DNA of 64,000 nucleotides from Synechococcaceae cyanobacterium (lineage in GTDB: Bacteria; Cyanobacteriota; Cyanobacteriia; PCC-6307; Cyanobiaceae). The stretch is from contig CANHMF010000001.1 of assembly GCA_947461705.1 (NCBI GenBank), positions 388 through 64,387 of the forward strand, in the 5' to 3' direction. Of this stretch, positions 1 through 11,615 are shown in pieces. The notes under the pieces were generated by a model that worked only from the letters and a program-made list of their open reading frames with translations, was not told the origin of the DNA and did not search any database. Each line of letters starts with the position of its first letter. The stretch's first letter is position 1. A program made the position numbers and the translations under genes.

Positions 1-76
1 CGGCCAGGTTCACTGTGTTGCCGTTCTGGTCGGGCAGGCTGAACGCAGGCGCGGCATCGCCGATCTGCAGGGTCAT
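1..76 (-). CDS. bcp: Peroxiredoxin Q/BCP, 5' end only (runs off window)
   Basis: Manual translation from ATG at 76: MTLQIGDAAPAFSLPDQNGNTVNLA, a typical Prx N-terminus (GD.AP.F.L.DQ.G); not in ORF track. Confidence 0.8.
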   Translation of the reverse strand, partial: MTLQIGDAAPAFSLPDQNGNTVNLA

Positions 77-162
77 GGCGCGGGCATGGAGACAATGGCG
101 GGAGCCTAAGGGGAGCTCTGAATCAGCCGCAGTGCGATCGGCCGCGCCTCTGGCTGCTGGCG

Positions 163-771
163 ATGCCCAGCCTGGAGTCGGACGCCACGGCCTGGAGTGC
201 CGGCTTGAGTGCCCAGGAGCAGCACTGGTGCCAGGGTCTGGCTCCGGCGGTCCGCCGTCGCTATGCCGTCAGTCGTGTGCTGCTGCGCCAGCGCCTCGGA
301 GCCCTGCTGGGGATGGAGGCGGCGGCGGTTCCGCTGCACAGCCCCCCCGGCCAGCCCCCGCGGTTGGGCTCGGGTGCTGGTTTCATCAGCCTCAGCCACA
401 GTGGCAGCGGGCTGTTGCTGGCCTGGTCGGCCCAGCCGATTGGGGTGGATCTGGAGTGGGGGCAGCGGCCGCTCCTGGCTGAGGCCCTGGCCCAGCGTTT
501 TTTCCCTGCCCTGGAACGCGCGCAGATCGAAGCCATGCCCGCGGCGCTGCGAGCACGTGCGGTGTTGGAGAGCTGGGTGTGCAAGGAGGCCGCCATCAAA
601 TGGCGTGGCTCGAGCCTGGCCACGGATCTGCGCCACTGGCAGTGGGACCACCAGCACCAGCGGCTGCGGCATCGGCTGGATGGCTGGGCTCCTCCCAGCA
701 GGGTGGTTGAGCGTGAGGGCTGGCTCTGCGCCGCCGTGGGGATGGCTGTCGCCGGCGCCATCTGGGGCTAA
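163..771 (+). CDS. 4'-phosphopantetheinyl transferase (Sfp/HetI-like)
   Basis: Motifs G.P, ISLSHS, PIGVDLE, W..KEA.IK. Confidence 0.9.
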   Translation: MPSLESDATAWSAGLSAQEQHWCQGLAPAVRRRYAVSRVLLRQRLGALLGMEAAAVPLHSPPGQPPRLGSGAGFISLSHSGSGLLLAWSAQPIGVDLEWGQRPLLAEALAQRFFPALERAQIEAMPAALRARAVLESWVCKEAAIKWRGSSLATDLRHWQWDHQHQRLRHRLDGWAPPSRVVEREGWLCAAVGMAVAGAIWG

Positions 772-795
772 CGTCCGCCCACCTCAGGGGGGTGT

Positions 796-1293
796 ATGCC
801 CATCGCCTTGCGCTGGAGCCTGATCTCGGTGCTGTCCTTGTTGGGGCTGGCCGGCTTGGTGCAGCTGCCCCTAGCGCCCCCATTGCTCAGTCGCACCGGG
901 GTCCAGACCGATCAGGTGCTGGCCGATCTGGAGAGCCAGGAGGCGAATCAGGACATGGAGGCGCGGGCGGCGGAGGTGCTCAGTGGCTTTGTGGGCGCCG
1001 AACTGACCCGATACATCTGGGGAGGCTTCAGCGGCTACCTGGACGTGCTGGGCATCGCGCTGCCTGAGGGCCTGGACCCCCGGCTCAGCGAGGCTCCGGG
1101 CATGGTGCAGTTGACCCTGGTGCCGCGCTCCGGAACGGTTCGCTATGTCGCCCGCGTGGAGGCCGTCCAGAACGTGGCCAAGGGGGTGGCCTGCAGGGGC
1201 AGCGGTGAGCCCGGGCGTTTTGGCTTCGAGGGCGGCAGGCTGCGTTGCCCATCCGGTTGGCAGGAGCTGCCCTTGGATCGCCGGGACGGATGA
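796..1293 (+). CDS. Membrane-anchored hypothetical protein, possibly type IV pilin-like (Pilin_GH-like)
   Basis: N-terminal hydrophobic segment, C-terminal Cys pair (VAC...RCPSGW). Confidence 0.55.
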   Translation: MPIALRWSLISVLSLLGLAGLVQLPLAPPLLSRTGVQTDQVLADLESQEANQDMEARAAEVLSGFVGAELTRYIWGGFSGYLDVLGIALPEGLDPRLSEAPGMVQLTLVPRSGTVRYVARVEAVQNVAKGVACRGSGEPGRFGFEGGRLRCPSGWQELPLDRRDG

Positions 1294-1548
1294 CGCCGCG
1301 GCTTCAGCGGCGTCCCGGGCATCAACTGAATGGCACAAATCTGATGACCTTTGCAGCATTCAGCAGTTTTTCTGCGACTAGGCCGCAGCGGCATTTCGCA
1401 CGCAGTCGGATGATCGCCGGGAATCGGAAAAGTTTATGAAATCTGGAGTTTCTGGGATTGTGAAGACTTGACCGCTTTGCAGTGCAGCGTTTGTTGTCGG
1501 CTCAGTTTTCGTTGAGTAGGTTTTAAATGACGAGTTTCTCTGTCTACC

Positions 1549-2199
1549 GTGCTGAAGCGTCTCGCTGCTGGTCTCTTTGCTGGTGCGGCTCTCTCCGCTG
1601 TCACCCTGCCTGCCTCTGCAGCCGTCGATAACAACCTCCCTGTCCGATGGAACACCGGCGGTGCCGTGTGGTCCACCAATCTGGATGCTTTCACAACCTT
1701 CATCAACGACGGTGAGATCACCGATCGTGGCCTGGGCGGCGGGATCTCCCGCTCCGGCTGGACCGCCGATGAACTGCGCGCCGGTCTGTCCAAGACCTAC
1801 AGCGTGGATCTGGTGGGGGTGTCCCGCTTCCTTTACTCCGACGCCGGGGTGAAGTTCCTCAAGAACCAGACCCGCAGCTATTTCCCCTACTGGACCATGT
1901 CCACCTTTGCGGTGGAAGGCCTGCGTTCCGCGATCATCGCCGACGCAGCTGATGGCCAGATCTCCTCGGCCGGCATCATGGCGGCTCTGCCCACTGACTT
2001 CCGCCTGGCCGACACCTGCAACACCTACGACGGCAAGCAGAACGTCTGTGCCGAGGGCAAGTGCCAGGGTGAGGCCCAGTGCACCTCGCTGCTCTCCTGG
2101 TACGTGTTCCTGCCCGCCTGCATCCAGGCCAACCAGCAGGCCGATCCCGTGGCCGCCGCTGTTCCTGCTCCGCAGTCGCCGATCCGCGGTCTCTGGTGA
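1549..2199 (+). CDS. Secreted DUF1400-like protein with Cys-rich C-terminus
   Basis: Signal peptide ending PASA; VSRFLYS.AG..FL and LRSAII..A.DG.IS motifs; strongly C-ending codon bias; terminator follows. Confidence 0.75.
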   Translation: MLKRLAAGLFAGAALSAVTLPASAAVDNNLPVRWNTGGAVWSTNLDAFTTFINDGEITDRGLGGGISRSGWTADELRAGLSKTYSVDLVGVSRFLYSDAGVKFLKNQTRSYFPYWTMSTFAVEGLRSAIIADAADGQISSAGIMAALPTDFRLADTCNTYDGKQNVCAEGKCQGEAQCTSLLSWYVFLPACIQANQQADPVAAAVPAPQSPIRGLW

Positions 2200-4404
2200 T
2201 CACGCCTCAGGCGAGCCCCGGCTTGGCCGGGGCTTTTTTTGACGTTTGGCCATGCAGAGCTGGTGGCTGAGTTCCTGGGGGATGCGTTCGCCCTGGTGTT
2301 GCTGGAACAGCTGGGCAAGCTGTTGGATCAGCTGAGGTTCCAGCAGCTGATCAAGCTGGATGCGGTAGGGAGACGTTGCGTTGAACCAGCGCTCCACCAG
2401 GCCTGCATTCACCTCCAGCTCCAGCCGTTCTCCCCAGGACTGGGATTGCACCTGCCAACCCCTCTGCGCCAGCAGCTGGTCCAGCGCGCGCGGTTCCGGC
2501 GGCGTGGCGAGCCAGGCCTGTTCCAAGGGGGCCACCTGGGCCAGGAGTTCCCGGTCCGCAGGGCTGGTCTGGGCCAGTGCCAGTAGGGCGCTAGCCGGCC
2601 CCAACTGGGGCCGGCTGAACAGAAAACGCAGCTCCGCCTTGGGGCTGGCCAGGGCAGTCAGCGCGTCGAGTTGCTGGTGCAGCTCCGCAGCGTTGCAGTG
2701 GCGGAAGGGATGGCGGGCGGCAATCCATTCGAATTGCTCACCTGGCTCCAGCTGGTCGAGCAGCCGGGGCTGCCGCAGGCTGTCCAGCACCTGCAGCTGG
2801 GCCGTCAGCCGCTCGGCGTCGTCAGCACTGGCCGCCTGCATCACCACCCCCCCCTCCGGGGTGGCCGCCAGGGGGTCGAGGGCCCAGAGCAACGAGCGGG
2901 CCTCCAGGATCAGCACGCGGTCGTGGCGCTGCCAGTGGGCGTTGTGCCACAGGCGTTGGCGCAAGCCATCGAGCCTCTGGCCCTCCGCTCCTAGTTGGCG
3001 TTGCAGCCAGCGGTTCAAGGTTGGATCCTCGGGGCCACTACTCAGCACGGTGCCCAGCTCCGCCTCGCTCTCGGCCGCGGCGGCCAGTTGGGCGGCCCGG
3101 CGTTGTTGCATGCGCTCGCGCCGTTGTCCCTCCCAGCCAAGGGAGCCGGGCTGCCAGAACACTTCTCCCTGGAGCTGGCTGGGCAGGTATTGCTGCGCCA
3201 CCCAGTGTTCGGCATAGGCATGGGGATAGCGGTACCCCACGCCATCGCCAAAGGCGGTCCCATCGCGGTTGGCATCGCGCAGGTGGGAGGGAACGCTCTG
3301 CTGGCTGGTGGCTTTCACGCTCTTGAGCGCATCGAAGAAGCCCAGCAGGCTGTTGCTCTTCTCGGTGCTGGCCAGGTAGAGGGCCGCCTGGGCCATGGGA
3401 TACAGCCCCTCGGGCAGGCCGACGCGCTCAAAGGCCGCGGCACAGGCCTCCACCACCACCATCGCCTGGGGATCGGCCAGGCCGATGTCCTCACCGGCGG
3501 AGATCAGCATGCGGCGGAAGATGAAACGGGGGTTCTCGCCGGCCTCCACCATGCGCGCCAGCCAGAACAGGGCTGCATCGGGATCGCTGCCCCGCAGCGA
3601 CTTGATGAAGGCGCTGATGGTGTCGAAGTGGGCATCACCTTGTTTGTCGTAGAGCACCGCCCGCTGCTGGATCGACTCCTCGGCGATGGCCAGATCAATG
3701 GTGATAGCGCCATCGGCGTCGGGCGGTGTGGTTTCCACCGCCAGCTCCAGGGCATTGAGCAGGCTGCGGGCATCGCCTCCGGCCACGTCCACCAGGTGAC
3801 GGCAGGCGGCGTCGCTGATGGCCACTGCGCGCTGGCCGTAGCCCTGTTCGGGATCGCGCAGGGCTCGCAGCAGCAGTTCCTGCAGATGGTGCGCCTCGAG
3901 GGGCAGCATCCGAAACAGCCGCGAGCGGCTCACCAGGGCTTTGTTCACCTCGAAGTAGGGGTTTTCGGTGGTGGCTCCGATCAGGGTCACGGTGCCGTTT
4001 TCCACCCAGGGCAACAGGGCATCCTGCTGGGCACTGTTGAACCGGTGCACCTCATCGATGAACAGGATGCTGCGCAGGCCGTGCTGTTCGAGGCGGCGCT
4101 TGGCGTCATCCACCGCGATGCGGAGGTCCTTCACGCCCGCGAGAACGGCGTTGAGGCTGCTGAAGTGGGCCCGGGTGCTGGCGGCGATGATCCGAGCCAA
4201 GGTGGTTTTACCCACACCTGGCGGGCCATGCAGGATCAGGTTGCCCACCCGATCGGCGGTGATGGCGCGGCGCAGCAGGCGGCCTGGGCCAAGGATGTCC
4301 TCCTGACCCTGAAATTCTTCCAGCGTGCGGGGCCGCATGCGGTCGGCCAGGGGGGCGAGCCCCTGGCGCAGCTGTTCTCCGCGGTGGCTGAACAGATCGC
4401 TCAC
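2200..4404 (-). CDS. rarA: Replication-associated recombination AAA+ ATPase RarA/MgsA with long C-terminal extension
   Basis: PLADRMRP, Walker A GPPGVGKTT, FIDEVHRFN, GATTENPYF, ISAFIKSLRGSDPDAA. Confidence 0.93.
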   Translation of the reverse strand: MSDLFSHRGEQLRQGLAPLADRMRPRTLEEFQGQEDILGPGRLLRRAITADRVGNLILHGPPGVGKTTLARIIAASTRAHFSSLNAVLAGVKDLRIAVDDAKRRLEQHGLRSILFIDEVHRFNSAQQDALLPWVENGTVTLIGATTENPYFEVNKALVSRSRLFRMLPLEAHHLQELLLRALRDPEQGYGQRAVAISDAACRHLVDVAGGDARSLLNALELAVETTPPDADGAITIDLAIAEESIQQRAVLYDKQGDAHFDTISAFIKSLRGSDPDAALFWLARMVEAGENPRFIFRRMLISAGEDIGLADPQAMVVVEACAAAFERVGLPEGLYPMAQAALYLASTEKSNSLLGFFDALKSVKATSQQSVPSHLRDANRDGTAFGDGVGYRYPHAYAEHWVAQQYLPSQLQGEVFWQPGSLGWEGQRRERMQQRRAAQLAAAAESEAELGTVLSSGPEDPTLNRWLQRQLGAEGQRLDGLRQRLWHNAHWQRHDRVLILEARSLLWALDPLAATPEGGVVMQAASADDAERLTAQLQVLDSLRQPRLLDQLEPGEQFEWIAARHPFRHCNAAELHQQLDALTALASPKAELRFLFSRPQLGPASALLALAQTSPADRELLAQVAPLEQAWLATPPEPRALDQLLAQRGWQVQSQSWGERLELEVNAGLVERWFNATSPYRIQLDQLLEPQLIQQLAQLFQQHQGERIPQELSHQLCMAKRQKKPRPSRGSPEA
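2214..2240 (+). terminator. Rho-independent terminator
   Basis: AGCCCCGGC-TTG-GCCGGGGCT followed by a T run. Confidence 0.85.
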
Positions 4405-4497
4405 GCGGGCTGGATGGGGAGATTCCCATCATCTGATCCGGATCACCGGAGCTTTGCACGAGGATCCGCTACCTTTCCGACTAATGACTGATGCGAT

Positions 4498-5631
4498 GTG
4501 CGGCGCGGCTTCCTTGCTCTCTCCCTGCCCTTGCTGCTGCTGACGGCCTGCAGTAGCAAGCCACCGGGGCGTACACCGCTGTCGGTGCAGGTCGAGTCGA
4601 TCGGAGAGGCGGAGTTCAATCCCTCGATTGAGGTGATCAGTCAGCTCAGCTCCACCACTGATGTGGCGCTCCGTCCCGAAATCGATGGCCGGGTGGTGAA
4701 GATCCTGGTGAGCCAAGGGCAGCAGGTGAAGGCGGGCCAGCCAGTGCTGGTGCTCGATAACGTGCAGCAGAGCGCAGGGCTGGATGCCAGCAAGGCAGAA
4801 GCACAGAAAGACCGTCTGAACGCTGAGCGCTACATCTTCTTGAATGAGCAGGGTGCAGTTTCCACCAAGCAACGTGATGAATATGTGACCCAGGCGATTC
4901 AGAGCCGCGATCAAGTAAGGGCAAATGCGGCGACGCTGGGTTACAAATACGTCACGGCGCCGATCAGCGGTGAGATCGGTGATCTCGATACCGTGAAAAT
5001 TGGTGATTATGTACGGCAGGGCCAGGCGATTACTGGGATCGTCGATAACTCCAATCTCTGGACCCTGATGGACGTCCCGGCGACCCAGGCGCTACGAGTC
5101 GCCATGGGGCAGCGCGTACAGCTGACCACGCAGACCAATCCGCCGCTGAAAGGAACTGGAAAGGTTGTGTTCATCTCGCCCTACTTCGGGGTGAGTGGCA
5201 GCACCTCGTCTCCGAATACGGTGCTCGTTAAGGCTGCCTTCCCCAACCTCAATGGCGCGCTCAAGACGGGCCAGTATGTGAAGAACCGGATCATCACCGG
5301 TAGTGCCATGGGCCTCTCGGTGCCGGTGACCGCCGTGCTGATGCAAGCCCAGCAGCCCTTCGTTTATAGGGTGCTCCAGTTATCCCAGGTACTCCCCAAG
5401 ATCAAGGCGTCTACGGTCATCCCGGAGAAGGAGAAAACGATGCTCCTGGCTCTGCCGCCAACCACCTCCGTTGTGGTTCAGACCCCTGTGAAGCTGGGTC
5501 AGCTGCAGGACAACCGCTACGAGCTGATCTCCGGCCTCCAGAAGGGTGCGCGCGTGGTGGTGAGCAACACCGCTCTGTTGCGCTCCGGGATGCCGGTGAA
5601 GGTCTCGGCCGCCGCTTCCCCGAGTCTCTGA
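4498..5631 (+). CDS. RND efflux periplasmic adaptor (MFP), lipoprotein
   Basis: Lipobox LLTAC, lipoyl-like halves (GRVVKILV..GQ.VKAGQ; VTAPISG.IG). Confidence 0.9.
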   Translation: MRRGFLALSLPLLLLTACSSKPPGRTPLSVQVESIGEAEFNPSIEVISQLSSTTDVALRPEIDGRVVKILVSQGQQVKAGQPVLVLDNVQQSAGLDASKAEAQKDRLNAERYIFLNEQGAVSTKQRDEYVTQAIQSRDQVRANAATLGYKYVTAPISGEIGDLDTVKIGDYVRQGQAITGIVDNSNLWTLMDVPATQALRVAMGQRVQLTTQTNPPLKGTGKVVFISPYFGVSGSTSSPNTVLVKAAFPNLNGALKTGQYVKNRIITGSAMGLSVPVTAVLMQAQQPFVYRVLQLSQVLPKIKASTVIPEKEKTMLLALPPTTSVVVQTPVKLGQLQDNRYELISGLQKGARVVVSNTALLRSGMPVKVSAAASPSL

Positions 5632-5640
5632 GGACCTGTC

Positions 5641-8600
5641 ATGTCGCTCTCCGATAATTTCATCAAGCGGCCGGTTCTCACTACGGTCTGCAGCATTTTG
5701 ATTGTGTTGGTGGGGCTGATTGCCATCCCCACACTTCCGATTGAAAACCTTCCTAATATCGCGCCGCCCCAGATTCAGGTGACGGCCACGTATGGTGGCG
5801 CTAACTCATTGGTGACTGAGCAGGCTGTTACCAACGTGCTGGAACAGCAGATTAATGGTGTCCCGGGTGCCGCCTACATCTCGTCCTTGACCACGAACAC
5901 CGGCGCCAGCACGGTGAACGTGTTCTTCGACGAATCAACGGATATCAATATCGACCAAGTGAACGTGCAGAACCGCGTTTCCCTGGCCATGCCTCAGCTG
6001 CCGCAGCAGGTGAGTGCAACCGGTGTGTCTGTGCTGCAGACCACGCCATCGATTCTGCTGGCCTATCAGGTGAGTTCCAGCGAAGGTCAGTTTGATCGTT
6101 CCTATATCAATGGTCTGATCTACGAGCAGCTCTATTACCAGCTGGAGCGTATCCCTGGTGTGGCTCAGGCCACACTGTTCGGTGGCAGTAATCCGGCCTT
6201 CTGGTTGTTTGTTGATCCCAATAAGCTCACGGCCAACCAGCTCACGGCTGATGATGTCGTGGCGGCTGTGAAAAGCCAGAACGCTGTGGCCATTGGTGGC
6301 CTGGTGGGTGGTCCGCCTGCGGGAGGGAATCAGATGTTCACCTACCCGATCTTGGTGGAGAACAACGGCAACCTGGTGTCGGTGGAGCAGCTCAACGATC
6401 TGATCGTGGGCAAATCACCGGCCGGCAACCTCCTGCGGTTGAGGGATGTTGGTGAGGCTAGCTATGGCTTCAACACCTACTCCACCGCTGGTGTGGATCT
6501 TGCGAACCACCCGGCGATCACGGTGGGCGTTTATCAGACACCCGAAAGTAACGCCTTGCAGGTGAGTGAGGCTGTGGTGGCGCTGATGGATCAGTTCCGG
6601 GCCCAGGTTCCGCCTGGTATCACGATTACGGAGATCTACAACGTCGGCCAGTTCATCGAATCAGCTGTTGACGGTGTCACCGATGCCCTCGGGCTGGCGA
6701 TCGTGTTGGTGCTGGTGATTCTGTTTCTGTTCCTGCAGGACTGGCGCGCCACGGTGGTGCCGAGCTTGGCGATCCCCATCTCCTTGGTGGGTACCTTTGC
6801 CTTCATCAAGGTCTTCGGGTTCTCGATCAACCAGCTCACGCTGCTGGGTCTTGTTCTGGCCACGGGTCTGGTCGTGGACGACGCGATTGTGGTGATCGAG
6901 GCGGTGGCCAAGAACCTCGAGAGCGGCATGAAGCCCCGCCAGGCTGCGCTGGCTTGCATGGGTGAGTTGATCGGAGCGCTGATCGCCACATCCCTGGTGT
7001 TGATGGCTGTGTTTGTGCCAGTGGCCTTTTATCCGGGCGGCATTGGCATCATCTATCGCCAATTCGCCCTCACGATTGCGTTCGCGATTGCCATCTCCAC
7101 CTTTAACGCCCTCACCTTCTCCCCAATGATGGCGGGCCTGATTCTGAAATCGGAGAAGCCACCTCGCCCCAAGGGCTGGACCTGGACGGTGGCTGGCATC
7201 ATCGTCGGCCTTGCTTTTGGACGGTTCAGTGCTGCGTCCTTTGGTTTCGGTGCGTATATCTTTGGTGTGGTTCTGTTCGGTTTCGCCGGTAGTCGCCTGG
7301 CGGTCATCTTCGATGGGTTCAATCACTGGTTCCAGCGGCTTGAGCATGCCTATGCCAATGTCCTGAAGGTGCTGATTCAGCGCCGCCGCCTGATCCTGAT
7401 GGGTCTCGCTAGCGGCATCGTGGTGACGGCGATTGCGTTCAATGCCCTGCCATCCGCCTTTATTCCTGAAGAGGACCAGGGTTATGGCCTCGGCATCTTC
7501 CAGCTTCAGAACGGCGCTTCCCTCTCCCAGACCCAAATGGTGGGCGCTCAGATTGCCAAAGTTTTGAGTGAAGAGGATGACATCATTGCCGGAAGCGTCA
7601 TCTCGGGTGCTGGCTTCAATGGCAACAGCCCTGATCAGGGTTTGTTCTTCTATGGCTTCAAGCCCCTCGAAGAGCGCTCTGGAAGCGAGAACAAGGCTCC
7701 AGCGATCGTGGACCGTCTCAATGAAAAGCTCTCCAAATTCGATTCCGGTTTGGTGAGGGCTGCTCAGCCGCCAGCTATTCCGGGTTTTTCTGCTCAAGGT
7801 GGCTTCTACTTCCAGTTCAACGATCTGAGCAACGGCGCTTACACCTTCCCCGAGCTCAATGCGATGGCCCAGAAGCTGATTGCAACCGGCACTGAGAGTG
7901 GTGAGTTTTCGTCTCTCTACTCCCAGTTTGTTCCCAGCTCTCCGGCCTTTGGTCTCAAGATTGATCGCTCCATTCTTGGCACACTGAATGTGGATTTCCA
8001 GCAGGCGATGCAGACCATCGCCGTGCTGGCTGGCGGCAACTACTCCGGTCTCACCTACGAGAGCGGTCAGGTGCGGAACATCTATGTGCAGTCGCAGCCT
8101 GATGAGCGGAGCACCCTTGAGGATGTGCTCAGCTACTACGTCCGCAACCGGGACGGAAAGATGGTTCAGGTGTCTGAGTTTGCCTCGGCAGACCTCACCA
8201 GTGCACCCCCGGTGATTAGCCATTACAACCTCTATCGCACCATTCTGGTACAGGGCGTTGAAGCGATTGGCAAGAGCTCGGGTCAGGCGCTCACCGCTAT
8301 TCAGCAGATCTTCAACAGCCTCGACTTCAACAATATTGGCTATGCCTTCACCGGCATTGCTGCTCTGCAGTTGTCAGCCGGCAGCGCCAGCGTTCTGGTG
8401 TTCGCTCTCGGCATCCTGATCGTCTATCTCGTGCTCTCGGCTCAGTACGAGAGCTATGTCACCCCTGTGGTCATTCTGATGACGGTGCCACTGGCGATGC
8501 TCGGTGCGTTGGTGTTCCTATCACTCCGCTCGATTGATCTGAACATCTATGCCCAGGTGGGTCTTGTAACCCTGATCGGCCTGGCTGCCAAGAACGGCAT

Positions 8601-8949
8601 CTTGATCGTGGAGGTGGCCGAGAAACATCTTGAGGAGGGGATGAGCGTGCCAGATGCCGCCATGGCTGCTGCTCAATCCAGGATGCGCCCGATCTTGATG
8701 ACGGCCATCGCCTCCTTGGCAGGCTTCTTACCCTTGGTGGTTGCTACCACAGCTGGTGCTAACAGTCAGCAGTCTCTTGGCACGGTGATTTTTGGTGGCC
8801 TCCTTGTCGCCACGGTGCTCTCCCTGGGGGTGGTGCCTCCCTTCTATGTGGCGATCAAATACCTCGAGGAGCGTTGGTTCGGTGAGGGTGGAGGTCGGGG
8901 TGGCGATGCCCCAATCGCTGCTGTTCCCACGATCTCTGGACGGGATTGA
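5641..8949 (+). CDS. RND efflux permease (AcrB/HAE1 family)
   Basis: FIKRPV, P.IAPPQI, GLVVDDAIVVIE, GLAAKNGILIVE, RMRPILMT; 1102 aa. Confidence 0.95.
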   Translation: MSLSDNFIKRPVLTTVCSILIVLVGLIAIPTLPIENLPNIAPPQIQVTATYGGANSLVTEQAVTNVLEQQINGVPGAAYISSLTTNTGASTVNVFFDESTDINIDQVNVQNRVSLAMPQLPQQVSATGVSVLQTTPSILLAYQVSSSEGQFDRSYINGLIYEQLYYQLERIPGVAQATLFGGSNPAFWLFVDPNKLTANQLTADDVVAAVKSQNAVAIGGLVGGPPAGGNQMFTYPILVENNGNLVSVEQLNDLIVGKSPAGNLLRLRDVGEASYGFNTYSTAGVDLANHPAITVGVYQTPESNALQVSEAVVALMDQFRAQVPPGITITEIYNVGQFIESAVDGVTDALGLAIVLVLVILFLFLQDWRATVVPSLAIPISLVGTFAFIKVFGFSINQLTLLGLVLATGLVVDDAIVVIEAVAKNLESGMKPRQAALACMGELIGALIATSLVLMAVFVPVAFYPGGIGIIYRQFALTIAFAIAISTFNALTFSPMMAGLILKSEKPPRPKGWTWTVAGIIVGLAFGRFSAASFGFGAYIFGVVLFGFAGSRLAVIFDGFNHWFQRLEHAYANVLKVLIQRRRLILMGLASGIVVTAIAFNALPSAFIPEEDQGYGLGIFQLQNGASLSQTQMVGAQIAKVLSEEDDIIAGSVISGAGFNGNSPDQGLFFYGFKPLEERSGSENKAPAIVDRLNEKLSKFDSGLVRAAQPPAIPGFSAQGGFYFQFNDLSNGAYTFPELNAMAQKLIATGTESGEFSSLYSQFVPSSPAFGLKIDRSILGTLNVDFQQAMQTIAVLAGGNYSGLTYESGQVRNIYVQSQPDERSTLEDVLSYYVRNRDGKMVQVSEFASADLTSAPPVISHYNLYRTILVQGVEAIGKSSGQALTAIQQIFNSLDFNNIGYAFTGIAALQLSAGSASVLVFALGILIVYLVLSAQYESYVTPVVILMTVPLAMLGALVFLSLRSIDLNIYAQVGLVTLIGLAAKNGILIVEVAEKHLEEGMSVPDAAMAAAQSRMRPILMTAIASLAGFLPLVVATTAGANSQQSLGTVIFGGLLVATVLSLGVVPPFYVAIKYLEERWFGEGGGRGGDAPIAAVPTISGRD

Positions 8950-9392
8950 TGGCTGCGGTTCCTCGTCAGTCAAAACCCTGGGGTTTTGGATTGTTGACCC
9001 GGATTGTCTATGTCCATCAGGCCCTCTGTTTGGTCTTCTTTCTGGCGGGCCTGAGGGTTTCTCCGCCCCGTGGTATCGATGCGTTGGTCCTCCCACATCT
9101 CATGGGAATCTTGATTCCAGTTGTGGTTCTGGCTGCCATCTTTGGCGTTGCCACCAGAAAGTCCCTGAGGTCTCTGTCCTGGCTTCGGGTGATCTTGTGG
9201 ATTGCGGTTGTCAAGATCTTTGTTGTTCAACTTTGGCTGCTCAGCCAAGGAACCATTGAGTTGCCTGCCTATATCCACGCTGTGTTGATCAACGAGCTAG
9301 TCGCGATCCCGCTGGCTGTGTACTGGTCGAGATCAGTTCATTCGAGGTATCTGGCTTCCTTCAGGCACGCTTCCCGTTCTTTGTCGGCTTAA
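8949..9392 (+). CDS. Hypothetical 4-TM membrane protein coupled to RND permease
   Basis: TGATG overlap with permease stop; four hydrophobic segments. Confidence 0.65.
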   Translation: MAAVPRQSKPWGFGLLTRIVYVHQALCLVFFLAGLRVSPPRGIDALVLPHLMGILIPVVVLAAIFGVATRKSLRSLSWLRVILWIAVVKIFVVQLWLLSQGTIELPAYIHAVLINELVAIPLAVYWSRSVHSRYLASFRHASRSLSA

Positions 9393-9420
9393 CACTTCTT
9401 GCCCCTCTCGACATTGTGGG

Positions 9421-9452
9421 TTGGCCGAGTCGCATGAAGTCGCCTCGGCCAA
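9421..9452. terminator. Inverted repeat between convergent genes (possible terminator)
   Basis: TTGGCCGAG...CTCGGCCAA arms; no clear U tract. Confidence 0.4.
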
Positions 9453-9475
9453 GGAAGTGGTGCTTTGGGCCGTGA

Positions 9476-11170
<1,695 letters not shown>

Positions 11171-11240
11171 TCATCGCTGCACTGACACGGCGGCCCGCGA
11201 GGGCTAGCTTGCGGGCCACGGTTGCCGTTGCCGTAACGGC

Positions 11241-11615
11241 TTGCACCCCATGTGTCACGCTCCCATGCGCCTTGGCCCTGTGATCGGCATCGCTGCCGGC
11301 CTGATGCTCACGGCGGGCATTGCCCGGGCTGCGGTCATGGGAGGGGCGAAGAGCCTGCCCTATGCCGAGGCCGTGGCCAAGAGCCGTGTGGCGGCGCAGG
11401 CCGTGTTGGGGCGTACCGGCACGGATAATTGCCTGATCGGCAAGCTCACCAACGCGATGCTGGGGCTTTCGGCCAGCTGCGAGAGCGCGGGGGAGCGCAA
11501 CCCGCTCTGCGCCACGGCCGATAAGGCGGCGGCCACAACCCGGTGGACTATGGCCTTCACCGACGCCACGGCTCGGGAGGTGTTGAGCTTGAGTGCAAGG
11601 CCTGGTCAGCCCTGA
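11241..11615 (+). CDS. Secreted hypothetical protein with 3 Cys in mature part
   Basis: Signal peptide ending ARA; NCLIGKLTNAMLGLSASC. Confidence 0.65.
   Translation: MHPMCHAPMRLGPVIGIAAGLMLTAGIARAAVMGGAKSLPYAEAVAKSRVAAQAVLGRTGTDNCLIGKLTNAMLGLSASCESAGERNPLCATADKAAATTRWTMAFTDATAREVLSLSARPGQP

Noticed and set aside
2200-3150. RarA C-terminal extension as a novel fusion
   Set aside because: Long RarA forms are usual in cyanobacteria
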